IMG/VR virus record: IMGVR_UViG_2541047295_000015
Location: 54,867-118,866 of that record
DNA length: 64,000 nt
Reading direction: 5' to 3' (one strand)
Origin: a virus
Taxonomy: Duplodnaviria > Caudoviricetes
Positions 20,559 through 30,101 of this stretch are shown piece by piece (position 1 is the stretch's first letter; each line of letters begins with the position of its first letter). The notes under the pieces were generated by a model. It saw nothing but the letters and a program-made list of their open reading frames with translations, did no database searches and had not been told where the DNA came from. Made by a program: the position numbers and the translations under genes.

Positions 20559-22133
20559 CTAGTATGACAATTGTCCTCTATAGACTTTTTCACACCTTCC
20601 TATTTCTTCAAATCTACCAGTCTTACCATAAAATCTTAGTAGAATCACATCTCCATCTTGACCTCTTCTTGACTTATTTAAAAATAATAATCTGTATTCT
20701 TTTTGTAAATCTTTTATATCAAACTGAATATACTCTCTTTCAGTAGTCTTTTTTAGCTTATTATATTTTAGTCTATATGGTTTTAAAAAGAATTTTTTAT
20801 TATTTGAATCTAATTCTAAATCATTAACTACTTTTCTCATAAGCATTAATAATCCACACACATTCTTTACCGCTTTAGCTTCTGCTAAATCTGAAGCTGA
20901 TAAGTAAGAACTTTTATTCTCTTGAGCCGTTACTAATTGCATAGATAGAAGTGTTATTACATTGTATTTATTTCCAAAGTTATCTAGTAATTTAGAGTTT
21001 TCTATTAACCTTCCTGTATAATTTGCATCTGATGAATTTTCTGACTTGAATGTATCAACTGCTATTACAGTAAATCCCTCATGTGCTACAAGTTCTTTAC
21101 TTTTTCTTAATATCTCAGATATCTCAAACTCTTCCATATATATAAATTTTAAACTTGCTTCAAATCCTCTGTCTTTTAAGAACATTTCTATCTTTTCCAT
21201 AAGCTCTTCTTCAAACTCTGTGAAGTCTCCATTGTCAATTTTATTTCTATCTAAATCATGATAATTAAATATGTTGTATGCTATAAATGACACTAACATA
21301 CTTTTAAAATATTGAGATTTTTGTTCATTCGCAAATATAACTACTTTTTCACCCTGATATATCATAGCTAATATATAATTAAAGAACAATAATGTAGTTT
21401 TTCCTATTCCTGAAAATCCAGATATTATATTTATACCCCCACCTTTACCAAGTCCATTAGTTCTATTTGATAATATTGGTAAACTATATATATACTTAAG
21501 TTCTTCATTATCACTTAACCCTATTTCTTTTTCATTATATTCAAAGATGATATTATAAGACGTTCCTGCTTCAGTTTTTTGTTTTAATTTTTCTCTATCA
21601 TCTTTGGTAAGTAAAAGATTTTCTACCTTCATATTATTTTTTATGGAATTTACACTACATGAAGATATTAGACCCTCATAAAATTCTTCAACTTCTCTAC
21701 AACTCATAGATTGGAATAATTCAAATGGAATAAATTTTAATTCATTATGATCCATCTCTTTTGTTATATTAAAACCTCTTTTATCTAAAGCGATTAATAG
21801 ATTGCTTTTAGCCAAATCATCAATATATGCTGATATATTAGTTTCTTTTCCATACTCCATAGCAGATGATAAGCTATTCCAACCACCATACTTTTCATAT
21901 TCAGATTTGAGTTTATTTGAAGATACAAATTTAGCCACACTCGCTTCATCGAGTTCACTATGAGTTTTAGACATTGTTCTTCCTAATGAGAAAAAGAATT
22001 TTACTTTATCTATTATGAAGTCATTTTCACTAATTTTATATTCACTAAAAAGAGTTAATGATTTTAGCATTGTTCCTAAAACTAAAGTTTCTATAATACC
22101 TCTATCCTTTGTTATTTTTTCATATGCACTCAT
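20559..22133 (-). CDS. Replicative DnaB-like helicase
   Basis: Walker A GFSGIGKT, 'ANEQ', 'VDTFK', 'MQL', 'KSRRG'. Confidence 0.85.
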   Translation of the reverse strand: MSAYEKITKDRGIIETLVLGTMLKSLTLFSEYKISENDFIIDKVKFFFSLGRTMSKTHSELDEASVAKFVSSNKLKSEYEKYGGWNSLSSAMEYGKETNISAYIDDLAKSNLLIALDKRGFNITKEMDHNELKFIPFELFQSMSCREVEEFYEGLISSCSVNSIKNNMKVENLLLTKDDREKLKQKTEAGTSYNIIFEYNEKEIGLSDNEELKYIYSLPILSNRTNGLGKGGGINIISGFSGIGKTTLLFFNYILAMIYQGEKVVIFANEQKSQYFKSMLVSFIAYNIFNYHDLDRNKIDNGDFTEFEEELMEKIEMFLKDRGFEASLKFIYMEEFEISEILRKSKELVAHEGFTVIAVDTFKSENSSDANYTGRLIENSKLLDNFGNKYNVITLLSMQLVTAQENKSSYLSASDLAEAKAVKNVCGLLMLMRKVVNDLELDSNNKKFFLKPYRLKYNKLKKTTEREYIQFDIKDLQKEYRLLFLNKSRRGQDGDVILLRFYGKTGRFEEIGRCEKVYRGQLSY

Positions 22134-22666
22134 TAAGTCACCTCTTTAATTTTTTCAAATAAACTTTTTCTTTTATTAGTAAGTACCTTTTTCGGAGCAA
22201 TTACTTCATAATATTTTTCACTTTCTTTGTATATCTTTTCATTTTCTCTTTCATCTTTTATTTGCTTATTTCTAATTGTTATATCTCTAATACAACCTTT
22301 TAATATAGTAAATACATAGCATAATTTAGGATATTCTTCTTCTATATCTTTTCTGTAGTTAAGCAATTCTATGATTTCATCTTTTTTTTCAAGCATACAG
22401 TCATATAATTCTTCTCTTGTATAACCACTTTTTATTATCTCTTGTAACATCTTATTTTTTTGATTACTTATAACTGTATAGCCCATAATATAATCTATAC
22501 CAAGCTGACATTGTTTCCAGAAATATATGTCCTGCTGCTCTTTTCTATATTCCTGTTCATTACAGTAATATCTATTCTGCTTATTTCCACCAGATGTAAT
22601 ATGTTCTACTTTATAAGCATCTTTTGTATCTAATTTTTTCTTACAAACCTTACACTTACAATTCAA
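22133..22666 (-). CDS. Hypothetical Zn-finger replication-associated protein
   Basis: N-terminal CKVC...YYC. Coupled to the helicase. Confidence 0.55.
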   Translation of the reverse strand: MNCKCKVCKKKLDTKDAYKVEHITSGGNKQNRYYCNEQEYRKEQQDIYFWKQCQLGIDYIMGYTVISNQKNKMLQEIIKSGYTREELYDCMLEKKDEIIELLNYRKDIEEEYPKLCYVFTILKGCIRDITIRNKQIKDERENEKIYKESEKYYEVIAPKKVLTNKRKSLFEKIKEVT

Positions 22667-22728
22667 ACTTTCCCCTCCTTATGCTATGTATTTATTGCTA
22701 CCCCATTAAGAGGTAGCATTTTTTTTAC

Positions 22729-23286
22729 TTACACTCTACTTTTCTTAACTGTTGTATTTTCTTCTTCAGATTTGCCTTTTGATTTGTTTGTTAGAGAATT
22801 ACCATCATCGTCTTCCTCGAATGATAATGCTAATACTGATTGAACTGCATATCTTCTTAAGTAAGTTTCTAATGCCCCTCTAGCTTGTATATCATTAGTC
22901 TTAGCTGGTTTAAATGGTGCAGAATTTGACTCTATGTATTCTCCTGATGAATGTTTAAGTTTAGTTTTTATATAGACTTTATCATTACCTGCATCTTCTG
23001 CTGACTGCATTAGTATTAAATCATGTTTTGCTAATAAGGGATTTACTACTTTAAGAATTGTATCTAGATTTGCATATTTAGACCTAAAAAATGGATTTGT
23101 ATTGTCTTTTTGAATTGACTCTATCTCTAAATGGAAAGCTATTAATGCTTTTGTTATTTCAATTTGGCTATCACTTTCTTTTAATCCTTCTATTCTATCT
23201 GAATATAAATTTGATATATTCTTTTTTATTTCCTCATTCACTACTTTTTTAATATCATCCATAATTGTAGTTTCTTTATTTTCCAT
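22729..23286 (-). CDS. ERF-family single-strand annealing protein
   Basis: 'NPFFRSKYA.LD', 'H.SGE', 'G..ETYLRRY', 'EEDDDG'. Confidence 0.9.
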   Translation of the reverse strand: MENKETTIMDDIKKVVNEEIKKNISNLYSDRIEGLKESDSQIEITKALIAFHLEIESIQKDNTNPFFRSKYANLDTILKVVNPLLAKHDLILMQSAEDAGNDKVYIKTKLKHSSGEYIESNSAPFKPAKTNDIQARGALETYLRRYAVQSVLALSFEEDDDGNSLTNKSKGKSEEENTTVKKSRV

Positions 23287-23323
23287 TCAATCTCTCCTTT
23301 TAATAGTTTATTTAATTTATAAT

Positions 23324-24217
23324 TTAGAATGGTACATCATCATCACTTATTTCAACTGTCTTACCATTTTTATCAATATCTCTTTGTTTTTCTTTTTCAT
23401 CTTTTTCTTTTATTTTTTCTTTCATTGCTTCTATGTTTTTATCTGTAAATGGATAATTTTTATCGCTTAATATTTCATCTCCTTCTTTCAAAGGTTCGTC
23501 TCCACCTTCTATTTCTAAAAATGTAAAAGCACTTTTTTTGATTCTTGAACCGAAGCCAGCCGATTTACTTGTAATTATAGATTTTACTGTACCTTCAAGA
23601 AGACCAACATCTCCCACCTTATATAAACTTTTAAATCCTTCTATCATATCTTTGTTATGTATTCTAAACGTTAGATTGCAACCTTGCTTACCATACTTAT
23701 TAATTAGACCCTTAATCTCTAAGTACTCACCTAAGTCATCTTTTTTTTCTTCTATATTTTCAATTAATGTATATGCTCTCCAAACTTGACTTGCTTTTAT
23801 TGGTTTTACTATTTCCCCCTTGTCATCAATTGGATTACCTTTGTCATCATATTTTTCTCTGTTGCAAAAAGTCCCTGATATCTGGAATCTCTCTTTCTTT
23901 TCACCATCTTTATAGTATAAGTTATTATCTAATGAACAAACACATCTAACTATATCTCCTTTTCCATTTTCTGCTCTAGTTTTTATTTCATTAGCGATTG
24001 TCTCTATCCCTAAAAACATTTGATTTGGTGAGCCATCTGACTTAAACATTGATGTAAAGTAGTCTACATTCACTGATTCATTTGGTGCCGTTTCAACTTT
24101 TAAAGTAAATCTTATTGCTTCTTGGCCAGTTCCTTCATTCATTCTAGCTATATTTAATATATCTAAAACTTCTCCTGATACAAATACTTGATTATAGTTT
24201 ATTCTTTTTTCTGCCAT
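23324..24217 (-). CDS. Single-stranded DNA-binding protein (phage type)
   Basis: Acidic C-terminus 'DDDVPF'. Adjacent to ERF. Confidence 0.65.
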   Translation of the reverse strand: MAEKRINYNQVFVSGEVLDILNIARMNEGTGQEAIRFTLKVETAPNESVNVDYFTSMFKSDGSPNQMFLGIETIANEIKTRAENGKGDIVRCVCSLDNNLYYKDGEKKERFQISGTFCNREKYDDKGNPIDDKGEIVKPIKASQVWRAYTLIENIEEKKDDLGEYLEIKGLINKYGKQGCNLTFRIHNKDMIEGFKSLYKVGDVGLLEGTVKSIITSKSAGFGSRIKKSAFTFLEIEGGDEPLKEGDEILSDKNYPFTDKNIEAMKEKIKEKDEKEKQRDIDKNGKTVEISDDDVPF

Positions 24218-24263
24218 TTATCCTTCTCCTTTATATTTAAAATTTAATTGCTAACAAAACTTA

Positions 24264-24932
24264 TTACATCATTAAGTCTTTATATTTTGGTAATGTTTTA
24301 AAAAAATCACATAAGAATCTCCATTCTTCCATTTTATGATTTTCTCTTTGACTTATCATAGATTTTATTTGTAGATAATTTAATGTAACTCTTGCAGTTA
24401 ACATTAAACCAGATGGACAATTTGATATTATTATTTTCCAAAGATTTTCTTTTGTGGCTTCGACTTTTTCTCCATTTCTGAGAATAATATTATTAGAGTT
24501 ATTCAATTTCAATTCTTCAAAGTTATTATACTCATGAATTAACTCACTTAGAAAACTTATTGTATTTTTATCAACATATTTATTACACATATCATTAAGA
24601 TTAAATTTAGATAATCTATGCATTTTACTTTGACTTGAAACATAATCGTTATGATGATATCTGTCCCATTGTCTCCACATATATTCTGACCATTGTAAAT
24701 CCATTTGGACTATTATCCCTTTAGAAAAGCAATCATGACCTGAACCTTGTTTTGATTTGCCTAATTGATTTGCTCGTTTTAAATCTTTTTCTGAAATGTT
24801 TACTTTTTTCATATCTATTACCTGTTGTTCATACATCGGATAACCACTTGCAATTATACTTTCTTTAATTCCATAAACATACACGTTTGAAACATCAATA
24901 ATTCCTGGCATTTTTATTCCACTTACATTCAA
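24264..24932 (-). CDS. ThyX-like (flavin-dependent thymidylate synthase-related) protein
   Basis: 'GH..F', 'QWDRYH', 'SSQS.MH', 'T.NY....QR..H...EW' pattern. Confidence 0.55.
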   Translation of the reverse strand: MNVSGIKMPGIIDVSNVYVYGIKESIIASGYPMYEQQVIDMKKVNISEKDLKRANQLGKSKQGSGHDCFSKGIIVQMDLQWSEYMWRQWDRYHHNDYVSSQSKMHRLSKFNLNDMCNKYVDKNTISFLSELIHEYNNFEELKLNNSNNIILRNGEKVEATKENLWKIIISNCPSGLMLTARVTLNYLQIKSMISQRENHKMEEWRFLCDFFKTLPKYKDLMM

Positions 24933-24943
24933 TTTATCAACTC

Positions 24944-25504
24944 CTAACTTTCTACTATAATATAGCCTTCTTTGTAATGTCTTCCCATATTGTTCACCCT
25001 TTTATAATACTTATAATTATTCTCTCCATCTAATCTTGGTACAAATACATCTATAGCATTAGAGTTGCTAAAATATTTGTTAGAGCCTCTATCTTTAACA
25101 AGTTTTAAATTTCCATCAACTAATATTTTAGTTCCAAATTTAAGATGATTATTGGCCACAAAACCATATTGTAAATTTTCTCCTGTAGCCGTCACAGATC
25201 CATACTTACTATTTTCACAATTTAAAGAAGTATAATAACTTACTTCTCATGTCACAGGAATTAGTTTTTCTATTTTTATTCCTAGTTCTTTTTCTAAATT
25301 AATTCTTTTAATTTCTAATTTATATTCAGAACTATTCTTATATTTCTCCCATTCATTTTTATACATTAAATTAATATTCCTTGCTGTAACTGCCATAAGT
25401 TCCTTATTCATGTTATTATTAACAACATCTTCTGCATTGGCAAATACATGTATTGTACTACCAGCTATTAAAGCTCCTGTTATTAGCATGTTCTTACACC
25501 TCAT
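24944..25504 (-). pseudogene. Secreted 3D-domain protein interrupted by an in-frame TGA at 25247-25249
   Basis: The two track ORFs are in frame across a single TGA. Signal peptide plus 3D motifs (TATG, FGTKI, DRG, IDVFV). Confidence 0.75.
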
Positions 25505-25623
25505 AGATACCCCCTAATCATATTAAAATTATCATTTTAATCACTTTTTTATCCAACAATAATACCTTTTCTTTATTTTTACCTTCTCTATTTTATCTGT
25601 AGCTATATTGTATAATATACCTT

Positions 25624-25941
25624 CTAAGTTCTCAATAATTTTTTTACATTTTTAGAATTTATATATTTTTCTTTTAACCCTTTATTATTTCTTATATTCA
25701 TAATATCATTTATATACTGTATATCATTAGATATTCTCATCAAACTCGTAAGAAAATAAACAGAATAGCTTCTAGGAATTCTTCTCCTAATAACTAAATC
25801 TATAGCTGTTTTAGCAGCATTATAACTTTTTAAATGAGTATGACCTTCTTCAAATTTTTTATTTGTATTGTAGACAATATATCCAGTTTTAGATTTGATA
25901 ATAATATATTCTTTTTTCTCATATATTTTATTTGTATCCAT
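25624..25941 (-). CDS. Hypothetical phage protein
   Basis: ORF in operon, 'GHTHL' motif. Confidence 0.55.
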   Translation of the reverse strand: MDTNKIYEKKEYIIIKSKTGYIVYNTNKKFEEGHTHLKSYNAAKTAIDLVIRRRIPRSYSVYFLTSLMRISNDIQYINDIMNIRNNKGLKEKYINSKNVKKLLRT

Positions 25942-26240
25942 TATAAATCCTCGATTTTACGCCATATCATTTCTAACTTTCCATGTTTTCTATTTAATCT
26001 TCTTCTAATTTCATATGCAGATTTAATTTCTTCTTTTACATTTTGCCACTTCTCTAAAACTTCTTCATACTCTTTATTCTCTTTTTGCAAAAAGAGTATT
26101 TCTTCATTTAATTCATCAATTTTCATACTTAATTCTCTATTTTTTTCTAATAAATCATAGTGTCTTTGTTCATCTATAATTATTGAAATCACTACCTTCC
26201 ACCTGCCTCTTATATGCCATTTTGAGATTGTAATGTACAA
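25941..26240 (-). CDS. Hypothetical coiled-coil protein
   Basis: ORF in operon. Start uncertain. Confidence 0.45.
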   Translation of the reverse strand: MYITISKWHIRGRWKVVISIIIDEQRHYDLLEKNRELSMKIDELNEEILFLQKENKEYEEVLEKWQNVKEEIKSAYEIRRRLNRKHGKLEMIWRKIEDL

Positions 26241-26294
26241 ATATAAACAGTATTTTATACAAAGCCTTAGGAAGCCATATACGAGGTCATATTT

Positions 26295-29200
26295 TTAATT
26301 TTCTATTTTCCAATATTTTTGAATCCACCATTCTGTCTCTGTATGACTTTTAATCCATTTTCCATTTACTTTTTTACTTTTAGCTTTTTCTTTAGTTGAT
26401 TTTAAATATATTAAATCATAAATGCCAATTTTATTATCCTCGAAAATAGCTTTATTTACTTTGAAAATTTTTGTATTACCTGAATTTATATTATACAATG
26501 TGACTTTAGGAGAGTATTTAGTATCTATATCTATTACTAAACAATATCTTGGATTTGAATTACTATCTTTTATGTCACACGAACCCACAAATTCAAAATA
26601 AGCTTGTATTTTTTCATTGATTGGTATATCAGTATTTTCAATTTGACTTTCGAGATATGAACATAATTTTTTTGTATCAACTTCTTTAAATATTTTTTCT
26701 GTTTCTTTATTAGAATATTTCCTCATAATTTCCATCTTGCATGGTAAACTATCTTTTTTAAATTGTTTTTTACTATATATTGAGTTATAGATATCATAAG
26801 TTTCTAAAAGTTTGTTGGACTTTCCAAATTCCTCAAAGAAATCTAATTTAATTAGTATAGATAATTGTTTAGAGTTTATATGTCCTTGTAAGTCATTCAA
26901 TAGCTCTAAAAATGAATCATATTTATTATCTTTAAGAGAATATAGATATTCTCCTATATCAGAATTTAAAAATTTAATGGATTCAATTCCCTTGTAAATA
27001 CTATTTTTATCTCTATTAAAGAAGTATTCAGATTTTGAGAATCTAAATTTAGGATTTTCTAACTTAATACCAAAATACTTTATTTCATCTGTTAATTTTC
27101 TTGTTCTTTCTGTATCTTCATTATATAAGTTGAATGCTACAGTATAATATTCTAATGGATAATGTGACTTAAGGTATGCACAATATAAGCTGTCATATGC
27201 GTATGAAAGACTATGTGAAGCATTAAAGGAATACGAGGCGGCATCATTTACAACTTGCCATGTGTCCTCGAAATTATTTTCAGTTCCGACTTTTTTAATC
27301 CAGTTATTTTTTAGTTTAGTATGCAATTCTTTTAACTCTTTTTCTTTAAATTTCTTTTTTGCTACTTTCTTTATAATATCATAGCTCTCGGATTCCTCTA
27401 TCCCTAACCATATTAGATACTTCATTATAGACTCTTGATACATAAGGTAATGGTAACTATCCTCTAATAATATATCTAGTTCTTTAACATTAGTTGTATA
27501 TGGCTTTCTTTTAATGAAATTGTCTAATAAAGATGTGAAACCTGGTCTAATGCTCGCTACAAACGCACTTGTTTCAGCCACACTTGATATTTTGTATTTA
27601 GATGCTAGGTTTGTCGCATAGTCTGAGTCTACTTGATTTATAGTACAAGTTAATTTATTCTTGTATATCTCATAGGTTTTACTATTTAATAAACTATTCA
27701 GTTCTTCAATTGTAGGAATATTAATATTTGCTAATTCACAAGTTTTTCTGATTAGTGACCATACTTTCACTGTTAAATAATCATTTTTTAAATACTTATA
27801 CTTATCACAATAATATCCATCTATATTACAACATATCCCATCCTTAGTTTTTAATAGTCCTACTTCTTCATCTATTGGTTTATCATATATAAGCATAGAA
27901 CAGGGTGAGAAGGAAATGCTTTCTACAACTCCTACAAATACCTTTGATTCCTTTATTATATCTCTCCAAGAATCATCATTTATATATTTATCTAGGTTTT
28001 TAGCCACTTCATCATACTCTGATAATTTCATATCATTTGCTTTACACCATAATCTAAATGCTGATGCATCTTGTAACGGCTTATAACTTATCATCCAAGC
28101 ACAATTTTCTTCTCCCAGCAAGTCTCTAGTTGCTTGTATAAATGGTTCTGCATCTTCAGCATTTAAATCTATATCTGGTAAAGATTTTGCTGATAGTATT
28201 CTTTCAACACTCATAAATCTAGTAGGGAATAATGGTACTGGAGCATTTAATCTATCTATTTCAGTAAGCCCTAAAAGGTTAGTTATTATAAATGAAGGTG
28301 CTGAACCTCTCCCCGTTTTAGTAAGAAGACCATTATATTCTTGTTTGGCTCTTTGAACTATTTTATAATCTATAATAAAGTAATCCTCCATATGGGTTTC
28401 CTCTATAATATCAAATTCATATCTTATAGCATCTAAGTATTCATTCCATCTATTTTTAGATATATTTTTTCTTTTCTCTAACCATTCTTTATTTAATATC
28501 TCTTTCAGTTCTTTATTTGGATTTTTAGATATTGATGGCAACTTTATATCTTCATTTATTAATGTGATTTCTTCGCATCCATCAAATATTAGAGTATTTT
28601 TTAATGCTATTTCAACTTCTTGCCTTGTTAATACATTTTGTTTTTCATATCTTTTAAATATATCATCTGAATTTGGATAATCTAAAATAAATCCATCTTC
28701 TTCAGGATAATTTATACCTTTAGCTTTAAGAAATTTAGTTCTATATTTTGATTCTTCTGGATAAATATAATGGCTATCACTGGCATGTATTATATCTATA
28801 TTATATTTGTTACTTAACTCTAAAACATCTTTGTTATGTAAAGCTTGAGTTTTATGAGGGTGGGATTGCACTTCAAGAAAGAAATTACCTTTGAAATGAC
28901 TCTTTAGTTTTATTATTAGTTCTTCTCTATTTTCAAGTTTTAATACTCCAGCTACACATGCAGTAGTAATAACCACATCCTCTGGTTTAAATATCTCAAA
29001 TAGTATCTTTTCATCTATTCTAGGTTTATAGTAATACCCATTTGTATTAGCTAAACTTAAAGCTTTATTTATTTGCTTATAGCCACTATTATTTTTAGCA
29101 ATTATTATTAGATGATAATTTCCTCTATCTTTCTCATTTATATTATTTACATAGTAAAATTCTGCTCCAACAATCATTTTTAAATTGCTTTTATCACATA

Positions 29201-29366
29201 AAGTTTTTGCTTCATGTACATTTCCTTGATATCCATGTTCTGTTGTAAAATATGTAGTATGGCCAAGCTCTATTGCCCTATCTATATATTGTTGTGGCTT
29301 GGTAATTACATCTAAGGTTCTAATATTTGAGTATATTTTATGGCTATGATAATTATTATATCTCAA
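26295..29366 (-). CDS. dnaE: DNA polymerase III alpha subunit (family C)
   Basis: PHP domain (HSH, TEHG, SDSHY), GRGSA, PDIDL, YQE, YSFNASH. Confidence 0.92.
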   Translation of the reverse strand: MRYNNYHSHKIYSNIRTLDVITKPQQYIDRAIELGHTTYFTTEHGYQGNVHEAKTLCDKSNLKMIVGAEFYYVNNINEKDRGNYHLIIIAKNNSGYKQINKALSLANTNGYYYKPRIDEKILFEIFKPEDVVITTACVAGVLKLENREELIIKLKSHFKGNFFLEVQSHPHKTQALHNKDVLELSNKYNIDIIHASDSHYIYPEESKYRTKFLKAKGINYPEEDGFILDYPNSDDIFKRYEKQNVLTRQEVEIALKNTLIFDGCEEITLINEDIKLPSISKNPNKELKEILNKEWLEKRKNISKNRWNEYLDAIRYEFDIIEETHMEDYFIIDYKIVQRAKQEYNGLLTKTGRGSAPSFIITNLLGLTEIDRLNAPVPLFPTRFMSVERILSAKSLPDIDLNAEDAEPFIQATRDLLGEENCAWMISYKPLQDASAFRLWCKANDMKLSEYDEVAKNLDKYINDDSWRDIIKESKVFVGVVESISFSPCSMLIYDKPIDEEVGLLKTKDGICCNIDGYYCDKYKYLKNDYLTVKVWSLIRKTCELANINIPTIEELNSLLNSKTYEIYKNKLTCTINQVDSDYATNLASKYKISSVAETSAFVASIRPGFTSLLDNFIKRKPYTTNVKELDILLEDSYHYLMYQESIMKYLIWLGIEESESYDIIKKVAKKKFKEKELKELHTKLKNNWIKKVGTENNFEDTWQVVNDAASYSFNASHSLSYAYDSLYCAYLKSHYPLEYYTVAFNLYNEDTERTRKLTDEIKYFGIKLENPKFRFSKSEYFFNRDKNSIYKGIESIKFLNSDIGEYLYSLKDNKYDSFLELLNDLQGHINSKQLSILIKLDFFEEFGKSNKLLETYDIYNSIYSKKQFKKDSLPCKMEIMRKYSNKETEKIFKEVDTKKLCSYLESQIENTDIPINEKIQAYFEFVGSCDIKDSNSNPRYCLVIDIDTKYSPKVTLYNINSGNTKIFKVNKAIFEDNKIGIYDLIYLKSTKEKAKSKKVNGKWIKSHTETEWWIQKYWKIEN

Positions 29367-29588
29367 TTAATCACCTCTACCTCAAAGTCTCTTTTAAGAA
29401 ATTCTATCTCCACTTAAATATTTTAATGTTTTTTATTCTTTTTCCATTCACTAAATCTTCTATTCATTTTGAAATTTTCAAATTCATAATCTAAAAATTT
29501 CTTTTTTTTGAATTGCTCCTTTAGAAATTTATTTGTGAATTCTTTTTTAGTCAAATCAATCACCTCCAAAGAGGGAAAGATATCCCTC

Positions 29589-30092
29589 TTACTTATATAA
29601 TACTATCTGATTTTCTTTTAATGATTTTTGAACCTCTATAACTCTTTGATTTGATGAGCCTCTATATTTTAATGAAATGTCTCTTTTTGAAATGTCAAAT
29701 TTACCATCTATTAAAACATCAATATAATCTAAAAATATTTTTCTTGATAGATCTCTTAATATTTCTTCAAACAAGTAACCTGACCAAAGCCAGATATTTT
29801 TATTCGTCTCTATTTTAACTCTTTTTAAAAAATCAATTAAATCATTATCCTTTATTTGTTGCAATGGTTCTCCACCTAATATATTTAAACCTACTATATT
29901 ATCATTTTTTAGATATAAAATAATCTTATCTTCCACTTTATTAGACCATACATCTCCGTAATTAAAATCTTGTAAATCTTTATTAAAACATCCCTTACAA
30001 TTATGGGTACATCCAGATACAAAGAGTGTTGTTCTTACTCCTGGTGCATTTGATACATCAAACTTTCTTATTTCAGCATATTTCATATTCAT
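29589..30092 (-). CDS. nrdG: Anaerobic RNR activating enzyme
   Basis: GCTHNCKGCFN radical-SAM motif, GGEP, RGSSNQR. Confidence 0.95.
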   Translation of the reverse strand: MNMKYAEIRKFDVSNAPGVRTTLFVSGCTHNCKGCFNKDLQDFNYGDVWSNKVEDKIILYLKNDNIVGLNILGGEPLQQIKDNDLIDFLKRVKIETNKNIWLWSGYLFEEILRDLSRKIFLDYIDVLIDGKFDISKRDISLKYRGSSNQRVIEVQKSLKENQIVLYK

Positions 30093-30101
30093 AACCCTTT
30101 C

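Noticed and set aside
26295-29366. Intein in DnaE
   Set aside because: Length is ordinary and no intein splice motifs were seen.
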